A stretch of DNA of 64,000 bases from assembly GCA_001949185.1 (NCBI GenBank), contig BDGG01000001.1, positions 8,874,721-8,938,720 of the forward strand. The letters are read 5' to 3'. Below, piece after piece: positions 26,160-38,108 of the stretch. The notes beneath the pieces are model-generated. The model was not told the DNA's origin. It did no database searches and saw only the letters and a program-made list of their open reading frames with translations. The position numbers and the translations under genes are program-made. Origin of the DNA: Ramazzottius varieornatus. Lineage: Eukaryota; Animalia; Tardigrada. Position 1 is the stretch's first letter, and each line of letters begins with the position of its first letter.

Positions 26160-26868
26160 ATGGTGGCCAGAGACAGAAACATCAAGATTGTCATGTTGGG
26201 GCCAGCTGCCTGCGGAAAGTCCGTACTGGTCAACCTTCTTGCCGACCAAGCCGACTTGGCCAGAGTCCCTTATCGCCCGACTAGCGCACTTCGAATTCTC
26301 CACTGCGACGTAAGATCTCCCACAATCTCTTCCTTCAGCTTTCCTCAACCTTTTTCTTTAACCACTACAGGTGCCTGGAACGGTGTCGGAGACCTCCTTG
26401 CCCAGGCGCCTTGCAGTCCAGCTGTGGGACGTCGGAGGGAAGAAGGAAAACCAGCACTTTTGGAATGCTTGTCTGTACGGCGCCGACGGGTTGATACTAG
26501 TTTACGACAGCGACAGATCCGGCCAAGTGAAGGAACTGCAGTCGCTGCTGTACTACTTCACCCAAAGACCACAAAGCGCCATCCTCAAATCCCTTCCCTT
26601 GTCCAACGTCCTCTCTGTCGTTCGCTATAAGACCAACAGCCCATCCCAACTGACCACCTCGCTACTTCCGCCCGAATTTGCCGGAAAAAGTAAGCGCCGC
26701 AGTGCGACGCAAAACACCAAGTTCAAAAGTCAACACTACGCATGCTATGCAAATGATTTTCTTTTTTCTGCAGTTACGGAAGTGCATCACAGTTACGAAG
26801 ACGATGCGGCCATTTTGAAGAACCATTTTACCAAGTTCGTCAACGATATATCGGAGATTAAACTGTAA
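26160..26868 (+). CDS. IFT22: Intraflagellar transport protein 22 (RabL5)
   Basis: IKIVMLGPAACGKSVLVNLLAD..YRPTSALRIL, QLWDVGG..FW..GADGLILVYD; lacks the G4 NKxD motif and CAAX, as is typical of IFT22. Three exons. Confidence 0.85.
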
Positions 26869-26994
26869 AAAAACCCCGCTGCAATTCAGCTGTAGCGATA
26901 CTCTGCGGAAATGTCTAAACAATGGAAAAGACTCCGTAAAGATTTACTAACTTCTCCGTTGCGCGGAGGCCTTGCAAAACTGATTTGAGAAAGA

Positions 26995-27913
26995 TCACAA
27001 AATAGTTTGCTCGTACATGATGCGACTGAAACCGCTGGGCGGAACAAACTGAAAATTTGAGAAAAATACATCCAAAATGGCGTCCTTGTCAACGAAGAAG
27101 GCTGTAAGTAAAGAAAAACAAACTCGGTATATAAGCTTTTCTGGAACGGGAAAAACATTTATTTCGAGGATAATACCTGGAAAAACAGCTCCTCCTTTCG
27201 GGCCACGGACAGATGCATTCAAGGGCTTGCCATTCAGGTGGAAACTAATCTCAACGTGATCGTAGGCGAGACCCTAAAGAACAGAGAAAGTGACGGTTAC
27301 ACCGAGATAAGCGGAGCAAACCGTCCCGATCACTTTGCGCGCTGAAAGTTCCTACCAAAACGTCGCTTTCCCGCGGTACTTCGGGTAGGTTGCCTATCGC
27401 TTCGCTATTGTGATATATCTTTCCGTCTTCACGGAGTACCCAGCTGAGTTTATCGTTGCCGAAAGGTATCTTGTTGACATCCAGAGTGCCGGAACTCAAG
27501 CCAACGCCCCAGGTACCTTCTCTCTGAATCTTCACCTCGAAGTAGGATTTGTCTTGCACGATGGAGGCTGTGCCTAGACACCCACCGGACCCGCATAGTC
27601 GTGTCCCGTTCTTTATGACCACCACTTCATCACCTGCAAGCAGAGATCCAGGTAACGGGACGAAGAGTACACGGAGCACGACAACAGACAATTATGTTAG
27701 CCCTATTTCGATCCGTCAAAGACGCGCACGACGTCATGTTCTTTCCATCGGCCACGCCCAATGCTCATCCATGCTTCATGACGTCATCGGCTTACCCATT
27801 CTCGAAGTATCCAATGTCACCGGAGGATGCACCTGCAACACCAACTCCGTCTTGTCTCCATCGCCTTCGCCCCAAAAGCCATATGATTTACAGAAGTTGC
27901 ACAGTCCCAACAT
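26995..27913 (-). CDS. SPRYD7: SPRY domain-containing protein 7
   Basis: VTLDTSRMG|DEVVVIKNGTRLCGSGGCLGTASIVQDKSYFEVKIQREGTWGVG..AYDHVE..VDKDAILDVFFSNFQFVPPSGFSRIMYEQTIL. Confidence 0.93.
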
Positions 27914-28398
27914 GTTGGATCGTCGAAGCGGATGGTTAATGCCTCACAGCTACAGTTGGATGGAACGACTTGGAAGCATCGTAGCTGATTTCACACTTGT
28001 AATCGCTGCAATATGGAGTGAAGACCCGAGGATCCGCACTGACCGTTGACAAACACGCTACTCCCAGCAAGTCTGATCCATGTCGGCTTAGAAGAAAACG
28101 GCAGGAAAGATCTTCGAGATGAGGAGGAGATGAAGGAACAGTCCGAACAGAAAACGATGATTTCGAAAACTGTAATACACAGAATTGGAATTCAGAATTC
28201 CTACAGATACCGAAGCACTGTGTGGCTTGCTGGCTTGGATGGTAAGCCGAACGGACCAGCTGATGAGCAGTTTTCCTATTGGGATTGCGAATACACGAAC
28301 ACAATTAAAAAAAATCATTCTTCTCTGACTTTGGAGATTCCGGTGGCCGAATTCCGACGGAAGATCTCTCGTGTTGTCTGGCAGTGATAGAAAGTAGG

Positions 28399-30406
28399 AT
28401 GCTGTCTACGGGGATGATACGTAGGAGCGGACATCTGTTTCAGTGGGTGCGTTCGGGTGCCAGTAAGAGCAGATATTTTACCGTATCCTTTAATCCTTAT
28501 ATAAGTTATATTCCTTCTTGACATGTTCATATCAAATGTATTGTCCATTGTTTTCAATAGACGAGGGTGTTCTGTGGAAGAAATGCATCAACCAAAAGAT
28601 GCCTGAGTCAATACATGGCCGTCTTGACGAAACCAGCAGCGCAGGCGACGACTCGTTCTCGGGACAGAATCGTCGGCTACTGGATGCTCGGGTGTGGTGG
28701 GATGGTGGTCGGCGCTGTCATGCTCGGCGGAATAACCAGGTAAATCCCTTCTCCCTACAACGAGCCTACGAACTCGGGATTTACAGATTACAGAATCGTA
28801 GGGGAATTTTAGTTGAGAAGTTGTTTGGAATATGCAGCCTAGAACGGTGACGTTTATCGGGGAGCTGGGCGAGCAAACTCTACAAGATTGTTTTCTCAAG
28901 TGGCGCACGTTATCAGTGTCTTTGGCTGGAGGCGTGCGTCGCTTAGCAAAACGATCTTGTCGAGTTGGTTTGCCGAAGTCCCACTTGACTGACATTATTA
29001 ATTTTGGATCTTAATTGGGTTTTTTCGCATTTGTTAGGTTGACGGAGTCGGGCCTAAGCATCACGGAATGGCAGCCTGTTCGCGGAGTTCGACCTCCTGT
29101 AGGCCACAAAGAATGGGAGATTGAGTTCGAGAAATATATGCAGTCTCCGGAATTTAAACAGTAAGCTCTTCGTTGCTCTATACATACGATTCCTGAAGGA
29201 CTAACGCATAAATTGAAGCGTTAACTATATCCTCTCGCTGGATATTTCCAGTAAAAATGCCCACATCACGCTATCAGAGTTCAAATGGATCTGGTACATG
29301 GAGTATGCGCACCGTTTATGGGGGAGAGCTGTGGGACTAGCCATCGTCCTTCCGGCCACCTTCTTCTGGGCCAAAGGCTGGCTAACGCCTTCGCTGAAGA
29401 AGAAAGTCCTCGCTTTCGCGGCGCTTGTTGGCTTTCAGGTAATCCTGAAGAACTTGTGGGAATTCTGCAAGCATCTTTATGGACGATATTGTGCTGCAGG
29501 GTTTCCTGGGGTGGTACATGGTACGAAGTGGGCTGACCGAGAAGAAGAACCAGTATGAAATTCCCCGCGTCAGTCAGTATCGTTTATGCGCTCATCTCAC
29601 TGCAGCACTTCTCCTCTACGCGGGCCTCTTCTGGGAAGGTCTTTCATTAGTCCTCAAACCACAAGCAGTTCCCGTCCGCCCTTTGCATCTTACCACCCTC
29701 ACACGGTTCTCCAAAGCCGCAGTCGGCCTCACTTTCATCACAGCTTTGTCAGGTGCATAAAGATCTCTGATTTGCTCTCTGAATGGGATTTCGGCCAAGA
29801 AACTCGACAAGAGTGTTTTTCCAAAGAGGCGCACCTTCTTGGTTGTTTGATCTGGAAGCGTGCGCCACTTGGAACAAAGATCTTGTCGAGTTTCCCAAGT
29901 GGCGCACGTGCTCAGTGTTATCGACCAGCAGAGTGAGCCGCTTGGGAAAACGCACTCCTCCAGGTCCTAAATTCTTGCGTACAAGGGTGGGGAATTTTTT
30001 TGCAGGTGCTTTCGTGGCCGGTCTGGACGCCGGGCTGGTGTACAACTCGTGGCCAAAGATGGCGGACCGATGGATACCCAGCGACCTCTTCTCCATAACG
30101 CCTCTATGGAGGAACCACTTTGAGAACCACAGTATGGCGCAGTTCCAGCATCGATGGCTGGGCTATTTGACGACCGGCTGTGTGGCGGCCTTGTGGTTGT
30201 ACTCGAGGAAGAAGTTACCACCGCGGGCGCAGGTCGCAGCTAATCTGATGCTGGTGATGGTCTTTATGCAAGTTGGCTTAGGTGTGGCCACGCTCTTGAC
30301 TTACGTTCCCACTCCCACGGCTGTGGCGCATCAGTCGGGATCTGTCGCCTTGTTGAGCTTTTCGCTTTGGCTATTACATGAATTGAAACGGATGCCAAAG
30401 GTGTAG
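28399..30406 (+). CDS. COX15: Heme A synthase COX15
   Basis: [16 protein letters not shown]|[79 protein letters not shown]. Start inferred from a transit-peptide-like first exon. Confidence 0.97.
28862..28975. repeat. N25 inverted-repeat element, 1 unit with full outer arms (COX15 intron)
   Basis: GAGCTGGGCGAGCAAACTCTACAAGATTGTTTTCTCAAGTGGCGCAC-25nt-...AAAACGATCTTGTCGAGTTGGTTTGCCGA. Confidence 0.9.
29788..29950. repeat. N25 inverted-repeat element, 2 units (COX15 intron)
   Basis: Spacers 29835-29859 and 29908-29932. Confidence 0.9.
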
Positions 30407-30944
30407 TTTTGTTTTAGTTTTATCGTGCTGTTGTGTAATATGTCTCGTTTTTATTGCGTATCGTTGTAGAATGGGAAATTCTGAACTTCCAGTAGACTAG
30501 TTCTATCACGGTATAGGTGCTGGATATTAAGGTTTCATCACGTTAATCACGGTTAATGTCTTCTCTCGCACATATGACATGACATGCAGTATGTCACAGC
30601 CCTTACTCCAAATCAACAATTAATCGATACAGTAAATTCTGGACTTTTCTACTTTCTTGAATCCTGACTCTTGAGTCTCTTCTTCCCCTCTGGAAAGTGT
30701 CTGAGCAAAACGAACTCTTTGTGCCAAATGAGCCTAGCGGGTTTCTGTGCTTTCCTGGAAATCCTGGCTGATTAGTATCTGGCTGTTGGAAGAGTGTTGA
30801 AGTGGACGAGACATTTGTGACTTGCCAGCCTTTAAGTAAGTCTGTAAGTAATGTGCTCAATCAGCAATCAACCAGCAGAGCCATTGTGACGAGCCCCATT
30901 TTTTCCAGGCAGATGCCTGACCGGAAGTGAGTGCACTATCCAGG

Positions 30945-31893
30945 ATGTCCATCACCAGCCAGTCCGTGTACTACGTGGGCGATCTTAAAACCCCACTAGG
31001 TCTCCATTCCGTGATCTCGCAGGACTTCGGTCCATCCGTCTTTGACCAGAGCTTGAAGAAAGACGGTAAGAACTTTGGAGTTGCCATGATCATCTCGAAA
31101 AGTAAGCAGTAGCATCATTGGCAAATTCTTTTAGTAACATTTTGGCCCGTCAGCACCTTCGCCTTGCTCTTCGCCCAAGCCGTCGACTACTACCAGCACC
31201 GTGTTGACACTATCCGCCAGCTGGAGGACAAGCTATCCCACCTAGGTGGTCAAGTCGGCTCCCGTTTACTTGATCACTTCATGTCCAACCATCAAAAAAC
31301 CAAACGCGAACAAAGAATTCTTCCTATGCTTTTACTTGTCAAAGGGGCGCTGTGGTAGGTGACCAGCTTTCTCCGTTCTTGAATCGCCCGCGAAGAACTT
31401 CCATAGATGCAGAAAGCAAAAAATGAGAGCTGGGCAAACAAACTCGACAAAATTGTCTTCTTAAGTGGCGCACAATTTAATTGCCGCTGGCAGGAGGCGT
31501 GCGCCACTTGGAAAATCGATCCTCGCAAGTTTGTCCGCTTTGCATCTAAATAAGGTTTATGCGTGACTGGTGTTCAAAGAAAGGAAGGTTTTTCTTCATT
31601 TTAGGAAACATCTCTTCGGCAAAGAAGCAGACCAGCTGGAGCAGTCGAACGAGGCAGATAACACTTACTACATTATCGAGAAAGATGCCGTGACGAACCG
31701 CTTCATTTCCGTTCCCCGGGATAAATCCAGCTTGAACTGTGGAGCTTTTTTAGCAGGTCTTGTCCAGAGTTTTCTCAGTGATTCGGGCTTTGCGTGTTCC
31801 GTTGTAGCACATGCACACAAAGGTACAACACTTGTTGTGGAGTTTGACAAAGCTATTGTGGTCAGGGACAAGAGCTACGACGGCTCCCGATAA
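30945..31893 (+). CDS. TRAPPC5: Trafficking protein particle complex subunit 5
   Basis: STFALLFAQ..LEDKLSHLGGQVG..LW|KHLFGKEADQLEQSNE..YYIIEKD..RFISVPRDKSSLNCGAFLAG..AHKGTTLVVEFD. Confidence 0.93.
31426..31534. repeat. N25 inverted-repeat element, 1 unit (TRAPPC5 intron)
   Basis: GAGCTGGGCAAACAAACTCGACAA..AAGTGGCGCAC-25nt-GTGCGCCACTTGGAAAATCGATC. Confidence 0.9.
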
Positions 31894-32610
31894 ATTTGCT
31901 GTCAAGCATCCTGTCATTATTCCTGTTCCCCCGCCGGGAAACTATCTGCAGTTTTGTCTTTCCCGGTCGACGAAGCTTTGTGTGTATCTATTCTGCGTAT
32001 GTCGTTTTACTATATTCTGATTCAATGTAATGCGGAATTGACGCGATGAGGTGCGGACATTCCGTAGTCGAGCAGGCAAACGTAACTCAGGAGTCGGGAA
32101 AAAAGTTTGTACGGCACCGTGTAAGTATGTATGACAACAAAACAATGTCATGTCATGACATCATGACATTCTGAATATCTGACCTGTGACTCTGTTATGG
32201 CTGTTTACTGTTTTCCTTGAAATTCATACTCTTCCTCCAGACTCCAACTGTCCAAAGTTGCTGACATTTATCCTCATCATCTCTCTGCCTGAAGCAGCTG
32301 GTTATTGGACTGAGGTTTCGTGATCTGTCAGAGCTCCACGCATCCTTCTTATTCTACGGACCCACGGAGAACGGAGCAGTTCCAGACTTCAAGTGCTACA
32401 GCAAACGGGACGCGGAGACAGAGGCACCGGAAGTACCCCTCACAGGGACGTTTGAAGACCCTCACAACGTTTTCCTTGCTGGAAAACGGTTCCGGAGTAC
32501 AAAACACGCAGGTATTGTAGACGCTGAAGTGAGTAACATCGCTAAATTTCTTTCTGTTACAGAGTATGAGTGTACGACCATCGCTTGTTATTTAGCCTTA
32601 GCTATCCGAG

Positions 32611-33006
32611 ATGGAGGTTTCGGCGTCTCCTACAAAGCACCAGTCGGACGAGCTGATGCAGTGGAAAGAGCTGATTATGGACATGGACTACCATTGCGGC
32701 GGCGCCTTCTACTCCAAGCCACTGAAGAGTGAGACGAAAGAGCTTCGGCATACGCCAACTGTGACCACACTACCCACCGACTTTCTCCATTCCTCCGCCG
32801 AGCCTGAGCCTGCCTTTGTGCCCATGAAGGACGTCTCGACGACCGACAGCCTCTTCTCCCATCTCAACAGCCAGAACATGGAACGCTTGGGGCAGCTGCT
32901 GAAAGAGAAAAGCAAGAAGACGGAGGTGGCCGCTAGTAGTACGGGACGAGGTGTCAAGCGACGCTCCGACATGTTGGACCTATCGGACGACGCTCGCAGC
33001 TATTAG
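32611..33006 (+). CDS. Hypothetical 131-aa protein
   Basis: ATG ORF with coding-like codon usage, preceded by an intron-like GT..AG (32512-32562). No recognisable domain. Confidence 0.4.
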   Translation: MEVSASPTKHQSDELMQWKELIMDMDYHCGGAFYSKPLKSETKELRHTPTVTTLPTDFLHSSAEPEPAFVPMKDVSTTDSLFSHLNSQNMERLGQLLKEKSKKTEVAASSTGRGVKRRSDMLDLSDDARSY

Positions 33007-33145
33007 TAACTACAGCGGACCCTTCGTTTTCTACCAAAAGATTACTCCCCACGATCTGTAACGACACCTAAGTTGTAACGTTTCCTCAAGCACCTTGTGT
33101 TTCCGTACTGTGTATTTTCTGTTGTCATGTGTAGATCGACAGTCA

Positions 33146-33307
33146 GACTCGGCAAGATCGTTTTCCAAGCGGCGCACACTTTCAGCTAATAGCACTAAAA
33201 ACGTGCGCCACTCGGGAACTCGACAAGATCGCTTCTCCAAATGGCGCATGCTTGCAGTGTTTTGGCCAGAAGCGCGCGTCACTCGAGGAGAACAACTTTG
33301 TCGAGCT
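33146..33307. repeat. N25 inverted-repeat element, 2 units (3' of the hypothetical gene)
   Basis: Spacers of 25 and 24 nt. Confidence 0.85.
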
Positions 33308-36300
33308 CTTCTCGTTAGTGTATTTCTGTTGAAAAGGGAACATCGTTGGCCACTCAAGTTACACGAAGACCATCTATCACCTTCCGTAAGCTGGCTTATG
33401 CCAGGAGGCCGTTGGATCAATGATCTTCCTTGCTGTTTATCTCAAGAAGGCCTGAGTTTCGTAGGTATCTGAAGGAAGGCTAAGCTGGCGAGGCTTTATG
33501 ATAGCTGTCGCTGATGGACAGTGGACAGTTTGAAGGTGCTTTTGCTTATCGGTGAAGATAAGCCTGTCGCCTGTGCCAGCACGAGCATGCGATGGCTTTA
33601 TCTTGATTCTGACGTCTCGGTGTGAAACCTGCGTCACATTCTCCTCTGGTAGTGTAATCAGCAGACGACTTGTTTAGTCAGCCTAATCGACCTGTCGAAG
33701 GAAGAATGATGCATTGACAAAAGACTCCATAATCACCATATTGATATCAATGCCTTCACTGTAACAAGCGACTTCCGGGTTCCTCCAAAACGTACCGCCA
33801 CCCAGATTCATTTTGTACTCAAAAAGTTTTCTGTGATCCCACACACCGCACATGTAAGTACACTCAAAATGTGAAACTAGCTGAGTTCTGAGTTCTTTTG
33901 GAAAGGCATTCGAGTTTCAGTAGGTGGGATCTTGAGCAGAGAGGATTGTTATGACTGTGAAATAAATAGACTGGCTTCCGGTTTAGAGTGGGCACGTGCA
34001 GCCATGACCTTCCTCTTTGTGTCGCGTGACTGGTGTCCCTCGGCATAAGGTGGAAAGGTGGGTGGGTGGGAGCGGCGAAATCGATGGTTAGGCCGTAGCG
34101 GTACTTTGCACACAAGCGTCAAAAGCCCACCTGCCATGATGTCGATAAACGGAGAAGACTCGATAGTCCTTCCCATATGTGCGTTCGGTTCCTACGTTAG
34201 GCCAGACATGTGCGCCGAACACACAGTAAACTACGTACTGCCGATCGGAATCGATGGCGTAGTAGACCTACATCGAGACTATTTACCTAGCACATCAGCT
34301 GTAAAGGCAGCCTTCTTAGCGCCTTGATAAAAGACACCGTTGGTTCATCATCAAAACCAGACACAGTACAGACTACGGCTTCCGAAAGCACAACTTGATC
34401 ATTGACCAATTTCCTGTCAAGCGCACCAACTGGGCTCCTGCCAACATCATATCCAAGTTTCGGTAGGACGGTCATGCCAACACCTTCTCTGGTCACGCAG
34501 CACTTTTCGAGGAATATATACTGTATTATTATCTTCTACTTTTCATATGCGTGCTTGCAAATGATTGAGCTGCGCAGGGGATAGCGGGAACATGCCAACT
34601 GACGCCATAACATTGACTTGTTCGACACTTTGGCCTTTGCCCATTTAGTCAACAGCGAAAGGGTTTGCTGGCTACCCAGGACTTCGCTGCAGGAAACTCT
34701 AGTCTGTCTGCTTGCCATAAATAAGTCTACGTTTATATTTCTTCATAAATGGATTTACCATCGATTGGAATTGCAAAGTGCTGGCAGTACGGAACGAACA
34801 GCCTACTGTCCTCCTCGGACCTTCGTCAAACTTCGGTGAGCCTTTATTATCGTCAGTATTTTCCTTTTTAATTTGTGAAGCCAAAGTTTGACCACAGTTT
34901 TTTTCCAAATGATGTCAAGACCATCTGCACTATAGCGAATTCTCCCTAAAACCAATGTCGGGTCAAGGCGATGCCATGTTCATCAATATATCTCAGTAAG
35001 CTATACAGTGTAGGTAAGTCTCATGTGGAAGGTGACAGTAGAGTAGTAAATTTGGACAAGTGTCGGGAAGGACCATTAGAAGTATTTGCAGTAATTAGTA
35101 AAATTACAATGCTGACTGCAAGCAGCATTTTGCTAAATTGGCAATTTTCCTGAGCAATTTTCGAAGGTGAGCGGCGCACGTGTAGGCCACTAGTACAGAG
35201 ATATATATATAACAAAGCGATTGCCATCGATTTAGCTTCTGGCAATTCTGACATCAGACTGGGCAAAGTTCTTTTCCGGATGGGCGTACACAAAACTGTG
35301 CAGGACGGTAGTACTGCTATTGGCACAGCGGAAAGTGTGAAGCAGTGAGTCAGTTCTTGGCTCAGTGTCAGGGAATCCTCATCCAGTCCTGAAGCCTGTA
35401 AGGCGGTTCGTCAGCTCATCCTCGAGCTGTCCGACAGGCAAATGCTGCAGTGCTTGGCGATGGTCGAGGGAGAAATAAGCTGATGTGTTAGAGCGCTTCC
35501 GGCCCGGTACTAGTGGAATCTGATGTCGTCGAGGAAAGTCCAGAGCTGATGAGTGATGAAAGGATGTACTTGCTTGCTGTGGTTTCCCCTCAGTCAAGTC
35601 AAGAGCTGACCTGAGCGCTGCCCATGGCCAAAGCTGACCGTCAGGGCGTGGCCGGCACCTCTCCAACTCCTCCTCTTTTTGAACTGCTGCACCTTTAGCC
35701 TTGGCTTCTTTCTTCTATAATATCACTTGAGGGACTTGGCGCTTTGTAAGGTCTCGGCCGTGGAGTTTCAAGTCAAGAAGATGCTCCGAGCACTTCGAGA
35801 CTTGCAGGTTTAAGGAGACAAAGAAGGCAGCACCTCCCTTGGGAGTCCGTGCCGTTGCAAAGTCCCTCCATCCACGTGGACGAAGAAAACGTGACTTAGT
35901 AATTCAACATGGACATCGAGAAGTGCAGCTGATACTGCTCATTCAATCCTATGAAATCATCCTTCTGGATGTAAATATATAGGCGGCTTTGTGAGACTTG
36001 CACAGGGTGAGAGCTTGACACAAGAGTCACAGACGGGCGAAAAGAAGCTTCTCGAAGTCCCATGGACAAAATGATGCCTTGCTTAGCCGTACTGTGCACG
36101 CACTGACGGCCTTCTTCGTCTCATCAGCCTTGTCTGATACATCTTGGGACGACGGCCCGCTGACAACACCCACTGGCAAGCCACTTTATTTTCCACTCGG
36201 AAAATGCTCCGTTTTCCCCCTACGTTGCTGTCAACAGAGTCAAGCTGATAGGCGGACTTTGTACAGCATTTTGAAATCGCAGGAATTGCGGTTGGATGTA

Positions 36301-38108
36301 CAATGGCCGCATCGGACTAGTGTTGTCGACGACGTGCGTGTATGTGCGCTGCACGGCCACACCGATCCGCCACGACCAACAAAGGGGACATTTTGCTACG
36401 AGGCAACTATCTGCAAGCGCTTGCCAAGCACCCGTGAAAGTCAGCGGTTTACTGCAGCATAGCCAGCTCTTTTGGACTGCTGGTCGGTCATCATTACGGT
36501 AACTTATTGGTCAGAACGATCACGATCAAAACGATAAGATCTCTTCTGCGACACCTGTCACAGGCTTTACGCGTGCCGGAACGTCCCGTTCTAGAGCACT
36601 GGGCCGCAGGTTCGAAATTACGCGACAACTGTGCTGCGCACGCTACCAGGTCGCCGTACTCTGCGCTGTGCTGCACAACTTTCATGCCCCATGGCCAGGC
36701 AGCTGCGCTGCAGATGCACATGGACCTGTTGCAACTGCGCTGTACGCTGATGTACTGACTTATGTTATAGTATTGTCGGCAAAATGGGTAGTCCACCGGG
36801 AAAACGTGGCCATACGGTACGGCAAAACTCAGATGCCTGAAACTCGAATACCCCAAAGTACCAATTTTTGTTAAGTTTTGGTCCGTGGATCTGCGCGGCA
36901 GTCTTCGGCTTCATGCTGCATGCTGTGCTGTGCTGCACAAATTTCTTCGATTTCCGCACTGGAGCTGTGCTGCAGCACAGCACAGCTACAGTGCAGTGCA
37001 GCGCATGCGGCCAGATTCCGTATCCCGTTCATAGCTGCCAATCACCGATAAGCTGCTGTACTTTGCGTTGCCGGAGACTGGCACACACGTTCAAGCGGTT
37101 GATTGATTGCGCTCTGCGAACATCGAGGCGGTGCGAATACTCGTTACGTCATCGACCACACAACCAAAACAGAAGAAAAGCGTCAATAGAATCACAGTAT
37201 TTCTTCGTAAAAAGTTAGATCAGGACTTGATTGCCCACCCTTGGCGTAGCTGTTGATGGGTGTTTTTCACCAGTCGGCGACAATGGCTGATTCAGCCCGC
37301 ACTTTGACAAGCCGTTGTCTTCAGCACAGAAAGTACTGCAGCTCTACAGCGCTGCGAATCAGAGCCCCGGCCTAGAAAAGCTGCCTGTAGTCAAGCAGCT
37401 CAAGGCTCAAGCTTGGTTCAGCCGGTCGATGTATGAGAGTCCGCCGTAAAGTTGCTGTTTGCTCAAGTTGCGCGCTGCACCTGTCGTTCGGCCTGGTGCG
37501 CACTGTGTGCATGTTCAGCTTGCAGCTGCGCACAGGCTTGGCTAACTCATCATTTCCATGGGGTGTTCCAGCTGGCAGCTTCAGTGTTGTCGTTTTCGTC
37601 GTTTCGAACTGCGAGTCTGCCATCGCGTTTTATTAGCCCTGGTCCACTTTGTTCACAGCACGTCTCGTCTTCTCAGACAGCTCGGTCTCGAATTTGTTCT
37701 TCTGTAGTTGAAACATCCTGGGATTATCGTTTAACCCGTCTGACGGAGACAGGGAGTTGAAGTGGTAAATCTATTTGGGAGAGGAGTTTACTGGAGTTAG
37801 TGCGGTTATCCCAAGCTTGACGGTATAACAACTATACCGAACTGTTTGCTGCGTGATCCGCTATCCGGGATGGCCTCCTGAGACGAAGGATGGCTTGCCA
37901 CTGGCAGTCTTCGAGGAAGAGAAGGCTTGGGCGACTTGTATTGTACGGAGAAGGGAAGGTTTGTCTTGAGGCGAATGGCCGATTGACATAAGCTGACTCA
38001 TCATCTATCCGCTTTACTTGTCAGTTGATTCAGCTGAAAGCATTGATCTCGGTGTTGTCTTTCCTGGACGGAATATCTTCCCCACATTCGCTTAACATAG
38101 TTGCTGCG

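Noticed and set aside
35379-36099. Possible minus-strand exons in the gap upstream of cnc
   Set aside because: No recognisable domain and no consistent exon chain could be built; left unannotated.
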